From Botryllus schlosseri (Eukaryota): DNA of 60,000 nucleotides. The notes under the pieces are model-generated. The model made no database searches. It was not told the DNA's origin and saw only the letters and a list, made by a program, of their open reading frames with translations. Location: contig CM119372.1 of assembly GCA_051294905.1 (NCBI GenBank), forward strand, positions 32,242,001 through 32,302,000, in the 5' to 3' direction. Of the stretch, positions 38,741-53,700 are shown piece after piece (position 1 is the stretch's first letter; the number at the start of each line of letters is the position of its first letter). The translations under genes were made by a program, and so were the position numbers.

Positions 38741-41700
38741 CTGTAATGTAGATAAGGAGTATATTATGATTAGTTGAACCGCCATAGTTTATTGGTGAGA
38801 CCAACGCGCAGGGTTTAATATCCGGCCGCTTTCTCTAAAGAATCCAACCAATCCAACCACTGACAAGAAGAAAAAAACAGTGCTGATCCGAAGCGCAGGG
38901 TAAATGGGTGGAGTTGCTTCATGATGGGCATACGATGTAACAATTCAGCCAGACTGCTTGCAATTACTTACTTGCGAATGAATTATTAAATAAATATCCA
39001 TTTCAAACCCCTAACTTTCCTAGGTATGCCACTGCAAACGACGTGACACTACGACCGTCTTAATTCGACGATTGTTTGCGTTTAACTTCCTGCAACCAAT
39101 GATGAGCAAGACGCTGGCTATTTTGATCACCTCTAAATAAAGGTTATTCAGTTATTAAAGTGAGACAATTTAACTTTTTAGTCGGGCTGTATGTTAGCAG
39201 ATGATGTTCACGTGCTCAATAAAGACTCGAGGTCCATACCTAGTGAGCTATAAAGATGGAGATTGTTTAATATTCAAATTGCATCAGCGATTACGCACCA
39301 ATCAAGAGCATCGATAGGCCCATTCTGGCGTTGTCGTATATCCAGCATGACCCCCTTCCTGCGCCGCACAAACGTTCCTGCCATAATATGCACGTCGTGT
39401 CGATTACCGCGCCGAACGCAATAGGACCTGGTATGCTTCCCAATGCTCTCATGAACATCCACTGTACACCAATGGCAAATGATCGTTGCGAATCCGGTAC
39501 GCATCTTCAGACAAGTAAAAAAGTTATACTTTTTTGGCAGCCTCACGACAACCAATACCACACAAGATGAGATTTCATATTTTCCGATACATATCCTATT
39601 CCATATTTTATTTCTTAATCGTAGTTCCAATCCAAATGCCCATCCGTTGATACTTTTAATTTATTGAAACATCGTGACAAAAATTGAAAATTACTTGGGA
39701 ATTCAAAATTACATTCGATCAAACAAAGCATAAAAATAGGATATTATTCGAAAGGCAAATCATAATCTAATTCCGTGAATATCGTTCCATATACAGTCAA
39801 ACTGTATAATATAGACATCCGTTTTCGCAAATCAAAATGCTAATCATAATCACACGCAATGCAAATTTCGAAATCCTGTACACCAGTCTTGGTTACAAGT
39901 TGAAAATACTGATTTCTGTTGCAGATCCAAACTCTATGTGTATCATTTACAAGTGGAATTTCATATCCTAGTCAATTTTCTATGTCGTTACACTGAGGAG
40001 GTAATGAATCATAAATCTTGACTCTAATGTCTTACAGATATTGCCATGGATTTCAATTCGAAACAAAGCAGATATGAGTCGGATTTAGATTTACGGTATT
40101 AGTGAAGTCTGTTTCGGATTCGGACTTGTAATCTCGATTAATTGCAGATTTTGATACGTTTTAACCACGTACTAGATATAGATTGGGATATGAACAGTTG
40201 AACATAACATATAACATACTGTGCATTCGGATGGTAATTCGGATTGGCAACTTATATCGGGGATATACTGGATAATAGTTGTATAGAAATTACATGGAAA
40301 TCGGACAAATTCTTCAATTCAAAAATCCATATGACGTAATGAAATGTGGATTGCACGCAGTGTTCAGGGTAGATGTTTGATATGACGCCGAGAAGTTCAT
40401 TGACATTTCTCTGATTACTTGTCCGTCATTCATTTCAGCACCGCGTTGAAGTAATAAATAATTTTTATGACTATCTCTCACCTAAACGTTACAACCAATG
40501 CTGGTACCGTTGACATGAAGCAAACCATAACAACGACGAAGAACACGATCAGGAAAGGCGCTACCAGATTGCAGTTGTCTTCACACAGACCTTCCGTTGC
40601 TGTGGAATTACCGCTGGAGATGCACCCGCATTTGTTGTATTGCTATAACACAAATGCGACATCAAAATATATTTACAGTATCGCAGGCTATATATCAGGG
40701 GTGGGCAGACCTGCTTCATATGGGAGCCGCTTATCAAAAATCTTAGCCACAACACAAAAATTCGAAAATATAAATTTATGACTTTACAATGAAATGTAGG
40801 CTACCGAATGAAGTATATTATTGCGTGATGAGACGGTGTGTCTCCGCCTATGGGGTGCAAGGTCTTTGAAATCAGGCTGATATGCAGTGTTGGGATGACT
40901 CGAGTCACCTTTTTCGTGTGACTTGGCTCGACTCGGGTTAGTTTGCCAAAATGACTCGACTTGACTCGACTCGGCGTATCAGAAATGTGGATTGACTTGT
41001 GACTCGGAGCAAAATTCACTAGTCAATTTCAAGTCATCAAATAATCGTTGTCACTAAAAATCACTGTATCTTGCATATGTTCGGATTGCTCGCGAAACGC
41101 CGTTGTAACCCGTGAGAGCGACCAATCAGTCAATGATCGTGCGTTTTACTGAGCCTCCATTGTTCTCTCACAAATAAATTGACCGCAAACGAAGTGGTCG
41201 AAGCTTACAGCTTACGTGCTTCATTACTGCTAAAACTTGAGGACTCAGATAAACAGAATGGCCATCTGAGATGGAATATTCTGCTGTGTAAGCTCACTTT
41301 ATTTGTCAAATTGCCAATAACCTACTGATACAAACACATTACTGTTTAGAGATGTTTTGTTGTTGAAGTTTTGGAAAAAATATTGTTTGCGGAAATCCAT
41401 TTTCTTCTGTGATACACATAACCGGTATTCCAGAATAACTTCAAGATGAGCTGCTAGATATAAAAGACTAGGCCGGACGTTGTATGTTCATTAAATAAAT
41501 GTTCTCAATTTTGGTGCCAATATGTTGCGATCATACCCAAAGGTGTCTTCGCGGAAGCGTTACGCATCATTATTACAACCGCCGCCACCTGCACCTATCT
41601 TTGCGGAAAGGGATTGTCGGCAGTCGTTCATATAAAACAGACTGCTGGATTTTCAAGACACGACCGCATATTTCAAGAAATGCAGCTACAGAACTCTCTT

Positions 41701-44700
41701 TGAAAAAAGTTTTTCCCAATTTCTATACAAATAGTACAGGAAGTTATTTTCCAGAAAAATCACTTTGTCGCTGTTTATCGAGCCTATTACAGATAACATT
41801 TGCACAAGGCAAACGGTGGTTGCACGATAATTGGGCTAAATTTGAACAGGAATCAGGGGGTCCGCGGGGGTCGGTGACGGTCCAAAGGGGGTCCGCGAAG
41901 ACAAAAAGGTTGTGAACAACTGATTTAGTTGTTTAGAACAGTGTTTCTCAACCGCCGGTCCGCGACGATATTCCTGCCGGTCTGTCAGGTATATTACAAT
42001 TTTGTACCTTAATTTCGAGATGCAATGTTGACGGCGACAAGTACAGAATAGATACGAGCTGACTCATCGCTAAACAGCGCAGTTTGCGCGATCATTCGTT
42101 TACTATTCATTCCTGTTGTGCAGGATCGTAACTAGGGAACCCCAAAGCGCCCAATTAGAGACGGGGCTTAGCTTGAAAAGGACCAAAAATTATTTTGCAA
42201 ATGAACATAATTCATAGCGTATTTCTTTGAAACTTTTTCCAACAATTTTCAATTTCTTTTCGTGCCTTGCGCGATTTAGTGTCAATAAATGCTTTGCTTA
42301 TAGGTGCCCTTTTCCGTGAAATACGCATGATTTATAAATATAGGCATTTCGGCGTCAGCCATTACCGGGCCACGACGCACCATCACATAATGAAGTTTAG
42401 GCTAACATGGGATTCCGAAAGTTGTGCAACGAGAAAACCACGTCACGAATGATCGAAAATGTTTGCTATTGGCGCGATTAGGCTAGATAAACTCTATGCT
42501 TACACTGAGTAGAATGAATGTGCTCACAAGTACAGGTGAAGAAATCCACCGAACTGTAGGGTCTGGGGGCGAAGCCCCTGGAAGTATGGCTTATCGCCCT
42601 GTAGGGGCTCAAATCCAACGTTTTTAGGGTGGGCTGACGAAGTGATTTTCCGGCACGGATTTGCGCATAGCCGGTATAGCTGCTGTAGGGTGTTTTCTTG
42701 CAGCACGCATTGTATTCGTTGTTTCCAGAGTGGCCTGCGTCTGGTGGCAGGGGGCAATGAGCAAGGTAGCACGACAAGGTGCTTGGTTCTACTCAGACAC
42801 GCTTCTTCTATCGATATTGTCAATTACAAGAATATCACTCGGGTGGGCGTGATCGGTTAAACCCACGGCCTTTGGTGCGAAAGACTGTAAATGACTTTCG
42901 GCTGTAGCACGTTTATCTGGACAAGGCAATTTTACCTTGACTCAGCAGACTCACTACCATAAAATCACATTCATGCCGTCATGAATATTAGGGATGGTGT
43001 GAACGTGAGGTTCACGCTCGCGTTCTGTGTGTGAACCTCGGAAATTTAAAGGTTCACGTTCACAAACGAACCTTTGAAGGTTCTGCACTGTGAACCTTTT
43101 TCATATATTACAATTTTCACTTCATTATAACATCTTTGGTTGAAATTTATTGCATTTCCAATGCGGGCCACTCAATCAATGGCGCTGGCAGCATTAAAAG
43201 AAACACTAAACGAGCATGCACCTTGACAATCTCAAAATATTACTTGCTTTATGTTACAAAAGTTTGCTCGAAATATCCAGCTTTCGGTTTGTGAATATTT
43301 AGTGACTCTCGGCTGTGAGCTTGACCCGCGATCACACAACATCAAAAGCGAAAGTCACTACATGTAAATTAGCGAATGATGCATTTCAACCAATCAATGA
43401 AATTGATATCGTTGTCTGATGTAAAAAATCTAGCTGGCGTACGGGGTCAATCTTGATTTCATATGTTTATTGTATCATAAAAGTCAAATTCGTGCGATTG
43501 GGGTGTTGGCTACTACTGCATAACGTATTAATGAGGTAATATCAGTAGGAAGTATAGAAACCCGATTTACACGCTGCTCAATATCAACGTAGCAATACTC
43601 AGACGCCGAATACATTGTCAAGATAGGCCTAGACCAGGGGTGACCAACCTTTTTAGCCAAAGGGCCACATTCGATTGACGAACTATCCCGCGGGCCACTC
43701 TCCGCGCGAAGCGCGAACATTTTTCGAAGTTCATGGGTCAATAATATTGTCACTTGACTAAATTGCGGGCTTGCCGTATATCGCTGGGCTTAGTTTGCAA
43801 GGAGTGGATTATTCCGTGCCTAGACATATTGATATCGAAAGCTTCGACCAACATGCGTCAATCATTTTGTGCCTAGGTTTCATAGTCGACGGTCTTTCTA
43901 CGAGCGCCAAAGCAAGGTCGCATATGTTGAACGACACTTTGTCTCGTAATCGCGAATATAGTTGGACTTAATCTGGTACATTAGGCGTTCTTTCATTTTC
44001 ACAAAGGGGTAACAATATTAAAAGCAAGAAATCGAGTGACAGCATGTTGCGTGAAGCGTGTAGAAAATTATTACTTTTGATAAATCTATCGCAAATTATT
44101 CTGCTTTATTGTAGTGTACGAAGATCTACCAAAATGTGACTGGCTCATGGATCTGCCAATGCGTCGAAACTGATATTTAAGTCTGCACATCTCAAGTGTT
44201 GCAGTCAGACTAATCAAATTTTTGGTTGGCCTTGAAATTTCACAATCTGTGCAATCCATTGTTCATAATATTACTAATTTCGGAAAGTACCTTGCGGGCC
44301 ACTCAAAACCTTCTCGCGGGCCACATGTGGCCCGCGGGCCACGGGTTGGCCGGCCCTGGCCTAGACAGTTAACGCATAAGCTTATATCCCCTTGCAAGCG
44401 ACGGATAATATTGAATTTATGGGATTATTATATCATTTGATTGCCCCAGTTGATACATTTGGTGACATTTAAAACGTCAATAAGTACTTCAGCATTGTGT
44501 CGTTATGTGGCCCGAGTCGTCGCTACAGGTATCGTGTACATCGGTGGTTCTTAACCTTTTTCCTTCAACGCCCTTTTTCTAAAATTGCATGTGTATGACG
44601 CCTCTCTATTTTGAGGACTGTAGTAAAAAACAATGGGTAAGTGGTCGAAGCCTAAAAGGTCCTTACGAATTGGGACTTTACTATTGGAAATATTTCGCGC

Positions 44701-47700
44701 TTGAATCGCGCCCGAGGACCACTCGAATAATTAACAAGATAATAACTGTATGTGCTATATTCGGGATCAAATCAAGGTTATAGGTACGGGCTCATACCAT
44801 CTTGTTCGAGCCCGATGTACATCACGTCAGGCATTCACCTCTGCGATTGGCATTACGGGAAAGTTAATTGTATTGGGTTATGTTTTATTGCTTTGTGTGA
44901 CTAGTAAATCAACTGAGAGTGTGGTAGAGTTCTTTGCTCACATTGAATTTACTACTGCACCCATCTCTTAATTTTAACATAAATATATTCTACACAAAGC
45001 GACCCATATTATATAACGTTCATGTATATTGTGGGTCATAAAACTAAACAGTATCATCCTTTATGATACAATGAAGAAATACTCTGACGATTTAATTTTG
45101 TAGCTCTCAAATGCAAGTATAGTTAGTTAATCATTTTGGCCGGAAAGCTTCAAAGCATCTTTAATGTATAAAGGGGTGCAGCAGTGGTACAGCAGTGTCT
45201 CTTCGATTTCGACACGATGCGCGCTGCAGGATACAATGTACATGAATGTACCTATGTACCTATAGTTAGAAACATTTTGTGGAAAATAACCCGATCTAGC
45301 GTGACGGGAGTGTTTTAACGGGGAATTGACGACCTAAAAGTACGCGCACTTCATTTTACACGAATTATAATAAGCCACTGTATTGATGGCAACATCGCGC
45401 GACAAAAAATTTCTAGATTTGACAGATTTTGTCGAATTTGAATTTGCAATGAGAACTCAAGGATATATAGAACTATTATTCTATTATATAATCATATGCC
45501 CCTACTACACCATCTACTGCGACGCCATTTTTCTTCAGCGGCCTCTATACCACCCCCAGAGCCCAGCGCCCCCCATATCGCACCTGAGAGTTTACGCCAC
45601 CTTTAAAATCCAAATCGCCCCCTGGGGGCGCTCGAGACAAGGTGAAGAACCACTGGTGTACATTAACATAGGATATCACTTCATCGAAATGTAGGTTTGG
45701 TAGTAGCAATATGACGTCACGTGACGTCATGAGGTTCACGTTCGCGTTCATACATAACCTTTCAAAAAAGTTCGCGTTCACTAGAACCTGAGCCTTTCGG
45801 AGGTTCACACCATCCCTAATGAATATACCTAATTACGATCAAGACTCTCTAACTGTCACTCTCTAGCATCATATATAGTTGCAAAAAACGGTTGCATCGC
45901 CATATACTTCACATTTTGGCTTCATTTCAATTTTGAAAGTTCACCGGTCCGCCAGAATTTTTTTGGAATTTTACCGGTCCGCCAGGTGAAAAAGGTTGAG
46001 AACCACTACTTCAGAACGTGTCGTAACATTTTGTACACGGGAAGTAGATTCAACTGGTCACTAATTTCCATCTATGAAGTGATGTGAAAAGTACACAAAT
46101 ATGACATATTGACTACTCATGACATCACAGTTGATGGGGCGATATCGTATTCTTCCACTTTTTGACTGTACCGGCAAACATACGTTATACCCATAGATAA
46201 TGATACAAGTTCAAAGACGGATAGTCTGTGTGTGATCGCAGTTTCAGAGAGTCAATCAGTTTAAAATTAAAACTTGAATCAGTTTGAAATACTTTACAGC
46301 GATATATAAAACTATACATAGTTCTATATATCCCTGATATTTTAGAGCTACTTATGGGTAGAAAATGCAGATGAAAAATTATTTCCTGTGTTCGATAGTA
46401 ATATTTTGGTCTCACGCATGACCACTGTAGTCGACAAACATGAATACCACAAACTACAACAGCCGTGTATTATTAAAATGTTACTACAGAACACACTCTC
46501 TCCCGAGAGAGAGAGAGCGAGAGAGAGAGAGAGAGAATATTTTTTTTCGACAACCGGGCAAATCAGTAACATACTTGGTCGGAATGCAAAGGGAGAGATA
46601 TGATATACAGATTTGCAAGTTATTAAGTCGGGGCTGGATATAACTAGAAGAAGAAAATAACAAAATATTCCGTAATGCACAAAACCATGTACTTGCCGCG
46701 TCATCTTCCACGTAACCAGTGCATCCGGCTTGACACGGTGAAAAATATCCTATCTTGTCGTCACCGCACACTGGCTTGAAATACGCCTCCTGACAGTTGC
46801 AGTCGTAATTGCAAGTCGATGTCAAATTCGATGGCGGATGGACCATTTGAGAGTCCCTAAAATATATTTTGGAAGTTTAGAGGTTCACGCAGATCGCTCA
46901 ATAAAGTCTGTGGGCTGTGAAAGGTTTACTTACGGAGACTGGTCAACATCCTGGGTTACCAAACCCAACATCTCATCTCTTAAAGCAGGGGTCGGCAACC
47001 TTTTGGTAGTCACGGGCCAAATTTCGAGTGTACAACTTTTTCGCGGGCCGGAATTTTTATAATACTATATTTTATGCTCACTTCGGTATATTATCCTACA
47101 TTGCTGCAATCTCAATCCTACCATTAACAAAACACATTTATTTACACTTCAACAACGCAAAATAAATGTGACAATTGACGCAGCTTACTTTGTGATAGGT
47201 TTTCAACTTCTGGTAACAAGTCAGATGAAGCAAGAATCTGACCATATTTTAAATGGGCGTCCGAAATAGTGATCTTAGCTTGCTCTTCGTGAATTTCATT
47301 GTTGAAAACTATTGTTTACATGCGTACGTGCTACCAAATATCGATGCAATTTCTTTTGCATTGTTGGTCAAGTTGGGATAAAGACCAATTTCAAGAAGGT
47401 ACTCTTTGTAAAGTCATGCAGCGATATGCTCTTTGTATGAAATTTGTCTTTCAATTCAACTGCATCGCATTTCGAAACGGCCCGTTTGAAATTTTCAGGA
47501 AATGGTATTGGCGTCCACATTAAACGGACTACTGAATAGTCGGAATTTATTTTATAGAGAAGCAATTTATGAAAAGCGGGTGAATATTCAGTAAATAAAT
47601 TTCGTATCACAGTTACAAATGTAGTGTTGGTACTAGGTTTTCTCTCCTCCAGTATAGGAACGTGAGCATAATTTCTTTGTATTGTTGACATTCCCAGGGT

Positions 47701-50700
47701 CGCAGATTTGTTTCGAATGCGCCTCAACATCTCATGTATTCAGCTGTTTTCCCCCGAAGTTGCAAATTTGTTCAGATGTGACGTTAGATGTACAAAGAAA
47801 GCAAGATTAGATAACCATTTTCGATTACAAGATTATGAGTCGGCGATATTTATATTTTCGAGGAGAGTTGCTATTTCATTTCTCGGTTCGTACACTCGTG
47901 CAAGCATAGCTGCTCGACTTAATGCGCCAACATAGCAGATATACAGGTAATCGCCATATTAATTCTCTGCTGCTTGTAATTTATCTGGCGTAAATGTTGG
48001 TGATTCAGTTTGTGAGACCAAATCATATAAACAGTTCATCATTGTGGCCAAAACACTATTCAGGTTTGTTGCCTTGGCGCACAATGCCTTCTGGTGAATT
48101 TAACTATAAATAACTAACCTACGGAGGCTAGTTATTTATAATTAAACAGTGTACGTTTTGAGATTTTGTCATTGCGTCTGAGATGTTCCAAGCGTATTTG
48201 GCGGGGGGCATAGCGTATAGTGGTGACGATAAGTGCCTACCAATCTGGCGGCCCGACTCGATTCCCGTCGGAGGTTTATCTGGGCTCCTCTTCCCCCGCC
48301 GTCGTCGTTCTTACGACGACAAAAAATCCAAGAAAAAGACCCGAGAGAAGAAAGAAAGCACTCACTAGGTATGGAAAGAACTAGTAGAAAGGGCCGCGGC
48401 TTCAACAAGATCAACATCGAAAAGAACTGTGACATCAGGCACTCTAGGACGAGGTGGATGTTAGAATGACAGAATCGCAACTGCGTGTCGTTCGACCTCC
48501 TCCTATCTGTTCATGACATCGCATTGTGTCTTATCGCATGGCACATTGTGTATGACTTGTTCAGATGAAAAATATAACTCAACGATTGATTGATTGATTG
48601 ATTCCAGCAAGCAGAGGAAGGACACCTTTATTGTCACACCCCATCAGAGTGGTAAACCCTTTAAAAAGTATGGTACACCTTCGGTTGCGAGATACACCCG
48701 ATTGATAAGTTGCCTACTGATGTAGTCTACTCTACAGACAATCTCCATCTCCTATACTTCAACCACCTTCGTTGTATGGCGTAACAGTAGACTAATACCA
48801 TGTAGGCTACTTATATCGTGGATATGCCGCATTCTTTCCAAGCAGTGCTGCACTGCAGATTGAAACTCATTATGAAACGGCGGGCCGTATTCTCGTGATA
48901 ACTAATTATGATGTCGCGGGCCGGACGATTTCGCTTGGCGGGCCGGATCCGGCCCGCGGGCCGTAGGTTGCCGACCCTTGTCTTAAAGCATAGGGGTGAC
49001 CATCCTTTACTGCCAAAAGGGCCACATGAGATTTACGTACCATTGCGCGGGCCGCGTGAATGTTGATGACCTTTTTAGTCTTCCGATAAGAGCGAATCAA
49101 ATTAGGTAACGGTAAAAACAATACTCACAATAGTAGGCCTACGCATCAAAATCAAAAACAATTATAGCATGAAGACTCAGAGCCCAGCTATCACCTAGCC
49201 GCGCTCAGCGCCAAATTTTTTTAAAGTTAATGAATGAATTCGGTGAATTGGTACTTGCATATATTGCGGGTCGTCTCTGCACACCGCTGGGATTATTTGG
49301 CAAGGAAAAGATTACTCGGCGCCTGGACTTATAAATACCAAAGATATCGGCTAATATGCGACATATTGTACTTATGGTCAATGGTCATATAGGCCTACGA
49401 CGACCTATGAAAAATGTGGCGGGCACCTGACTACGCCAATGCGTCGGAACTGATAATTTAGTCATCAAAACCCCAAATTTCGATGTCAGGATAATCAAAT
49501 CTTGATTATTTGGTTTTGGTAATTTATTTTTGGATAATATAACTAATTTTGAGAATCACTCCGCGGGCCACTCAAAACCTTCTCGCGGGCCAAGTATGGC
49601 CCGCAGGCCACAGGTTGGCCACCCCTGTTCTATATGTTACACTTTCGTATTGAATTTTCCAAATATTCCAAACACTTAATATTCTGAAGATTAGAAGAGT
49701 AAATGCACATTATCCACCTCCATATTAAATTGTTTTGCGCCCACAAGCGCCACAAGCCACTCTGCTGTGCTCACAATAATTCGTGAGCCAGATTTTCGTC
49801 ACAGTCATATTGGTTGGAGCGTAAAATCCGACAGTGCGTTATTGTGTATCTGAGATTGAAATTCATTTTTCCTCCAAAGTCTTTGCGAACGTTGATCGGG
49901 AAATGCAGCAATCCAGCCCGATTTGTCAGTATAATCAGCAAACAATTGCCGCAACGCAAGCTACTCATAAACCCTTTGTGTTTGACGTAATAGACGAATT
50001 GCTGATTGCATACACGCTTTCTCGCCTGTTGTTTGTTTGTGGTATTCATTCTTTATTACGAATCCGCGTCTGACGACTTCTTAGAGCACGGTCCACTTCT
50101 GGACTTTTTTAAAACACCGCTCAAGCACATCGGATGGCGGGGAGCCTAGATAGCCTTTGAAGTCTGTAATCATATGTTACATGCACGACCTTAACTACCG
50201 CACCCCAATCCCTCAATTGGTGCATTGAGCTCGAAGAGGGGCCAAAATTATCTCATGAATCAATATAAATGATAAAGTATTTGTTTGGAGAATTATTGAA
50301 CTTCTGTCAAATTTTCTTCGCGATTTGACATCGTCAGATGTCTTCGTTTTAGGGGTACCCATCTCCCTAATAAAATAATACGCATAATTTACAGAAATAG
50401 ACCTTTTTGTGTCGGCCATTACCGCGCCACGACATACCAAGACATATGAAGTTTAGGCCAACATGCGACTCCGCGAAATGTGCTGACAAAAAATCGACAG
50501 GGAGAAAACCTTTGTCGAATAAATCTAAACCTTCGGTATGAGCATGCCGAATTGTCCATTGACTAGGCACCTAACTGTCTGTCTCTAAATATTGTTGTCG
50601 GCAACAATTCATACTAGGCCTAGTATATGCAATTGCCAATATCATTGAACGAATACGCGAAAATATTCACGCGAGGCGCGACCAGATAACTGTTACGCAC

Positions 50701-53700
50701 TGACAACATACTAAATTGGCGCCCACAAGCAGTGGTTTAAACGTTAGTCGCTAAAGGACGTCTGGTGGGTGGCGCAATGAAATTTGGATGAAAAGTGGGT
50801 CGCGAACTGAAAAAGATTGAGAAGCTCTGTTCTACGATATATTATAATAGGACAATACCTTTGTTATATGTAATTGTGTAAATTATGTTACTGGTAGCAG
50901 TGTTTACCACACTAGTTTTACATGGCATGAGATCTTTCAACGTTCGAAATTACAATCTTCTGCTCTCGTACATGGTATATAGATGACCCATTTCGCAAGG
51001 CAATTTCACCCGTGAAAATGCTGAAAATCTAATGTAACGATGACTTCTACTTTAAAAAATACGTTAAATTTAACGCGAGCTGCTCAGCTTCAGAACTGTT
51101 GAAGTAAAATTGGATTTAACCATTTCAGTAGACATAGCAAAAGTAACCAAAAACATATGAGCACTTTGAATAGTGAACGTACTGCGTTGCTGAGCTGATC
51201 ACCTCTATTAATACAGATATCATATATATGTAGGAGAGATGTGGTACCAAGAATTGCACATTGATGTCTGGCCTCCAATTGTCGGCCGATAACAACAGAT
51301 CTTTTTGCAGGCTGAACACTTTGATACAAGCTCTACCTATCAGACATATATACATGAATATCCGCCTTTTGAAAAAATATTTATGAACGTTCATAATTTG
51401 TTGCTCGAGCTTATCATCGGTCCCCAACCGGTGGGTGGGAAAGAATACGACCTGGGGACCCATGAGACATACACTCCATAACTCAAATGTTCCAATTTTT
51501 CTTGTATATTATAATCTAATCTATGAAAAGCCAAAGAAGAATGTTTGCTTGCAACTGTCGAGAAATCAGAATAAATATTACCTCAAATGTTGCCATGAAA
51601 TCACGTTTCCATTTAAGCACAAACTTACAATTTCGAGGGTACATACGCATTGCCCGTAAATCGAGATTTTGATTTCCAAATAGCTCATTATAGCGATAAA
51701 ACACCACATGTAATTCTTAAATACAGCGTCTATGTATGTAGATATGTTTCTGTTGTTGTATGACTAATGAGTCCAACTATTTTGCCTGATTTGGCTATGG
51801 TATCATTAGCATCAACTCTATAAGTTTTGTGATTAAATTGAGAAAAAATTCCATCAAAGGATGTTGTGGAATAAAAAATATGTGCCATTATATAGCGTGA
51901 TACAAGCCCTACACTTCACATTAAAAATCATTACTAGTTTGCTCGTGTTGAAGGCTATAAAGTAAAATGAATGCGTCGATCGAATTTTTTTACACCCCCC
52001 ACAACAGAAACATCTTTCAGACATTCCCTTACCCCTTACAGGTCAGGTTTTTTGCATGTGAGGAAAGATTCTGCCAGCATGCAATTGTAGACAAATTCAC
52101 GGAGTGTAATCATGGGATTATCATAGAGGACATTATTTTCGGCCCCAGTGTCTCATCGGCACCACATCTCCCCTGGGCTGTATATCCATTTGGACGGGCA
52201 TATCTGAATATCGATTAAAATCGACTGTGACAATTCGAAATCAAATATTTGAAATTCACTTGAAAGGTACATACTCATACGCTGTGTTAACGCCAGCAAT
52301 CACCGATGCGTCGCAGTGTAATAGTAGTATCGGAGACAATACTATCACGATCAAACAGCACGAGAGGCAGTACTTCAGTATGCCCGGAACAGTCATTTTA
52401 TACTTCTTCACTATGTATCCTGCCAGAAGATGCCCAATCACTCCACCCGGAACACTGATGCAACCTTTAAAAAAAATTCATCCGTTATGGTTTTGTAGTG
52501 GTGGGACCACGTGCAACTCATGATTAATTTAACCAGTTCGATAACATCAAAATACCCTCCTCCTATTTCGTGATGTCCAATTCACGACAGTAATACGAAA
52601 TTACAGACTTACTGCGCTACAATGATATTGGGCGCATAAAATTGGCCGGACATCATTAACACTGGTACTATCATTAGTCCATGCTTTTCTGCATACAAAT
52701 TATCTAGAAGTTGGCCCGGTCACTAAAGACTTTCCCTACATAAAATCGGCAGACGGAAAATCGTATTGCAAACCTCAGCAGTTGTCGCAATATGCCGGAA
52801 ATATGCGCCGTTACGACGAAAAGATAATATGATATTCATGTGATTTAGCAGCGATATGGTCAACTGGTAACGTTCGAGATCTTGCTACTTCACAGAGCAA
52901 CGAACGGGCAACAAATTTAGATATATATTCATTTTCTGCATGTGTTGAGACATATGCTAAATTTGAAACAAATGTCATCGGGTGATTGAAAAATTTACAA
53001 AGCGCTGTTTCTGAGTGTAGCTACATGACGTATTGCGATAAATTAAAAGTCATCTGCCTACTAAATACCTGCGAGAAAAGCGGCGGTACCGGCTGACAAT
53101 CGGAATTCGGTCTGAATCAACTTCGGTAGAAAAGTGGCGAAACCGCTGATCACGAGTGTTTCTGAGCAGCCCGCTAGCGTGATAAACATCAGAGTCGGAT
53201 TCTTCAACATATTTATCATTGCAATCGGGAAGTCCTTGAAAGTCTTTCCAAATCCCTCCTGTTCCGTTATCTCGGCTCCTGCTTTCGCGTGTACTTCCGA
53301 CTCTCGCATGGCTCTGTTATAAGCGGTACCTACGACAACGTATACATTTGCGTTAGAGTAGACGTGTAAGAAAAAGTTGATAATAAAGGTAGTCGGAATT
53401 GCCAAGAAATTATAAACTTTAGCTCTTATGCACCTGGCTGAATATATTTACATATGGTTGTTAATTATAGGTATGATTTATTACCCTACTGCCATAAAGG
53501 CCAGTATGATAGTCGTTAAGGACACACCGAATCTATTTCGTCTGTGATGTCGGTGCTGATGGAGGTAACCATATCGGAATTTTTAACGGACAGGAATTGA
53601 GTACATCAACGATTAGTGTATTGATCACGTTGCTTTGGGAATCGAATATTTGATGACTAGACCACTGACTCCATAATTTGTCTCCAACGCATGAGTCATT

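Noticed and set aside
46348..46704. Several overlapping ORFs with RERE or SLSL runs
   Set aside because: Caused by the (GA)n microsatellite and read-through from exon 9
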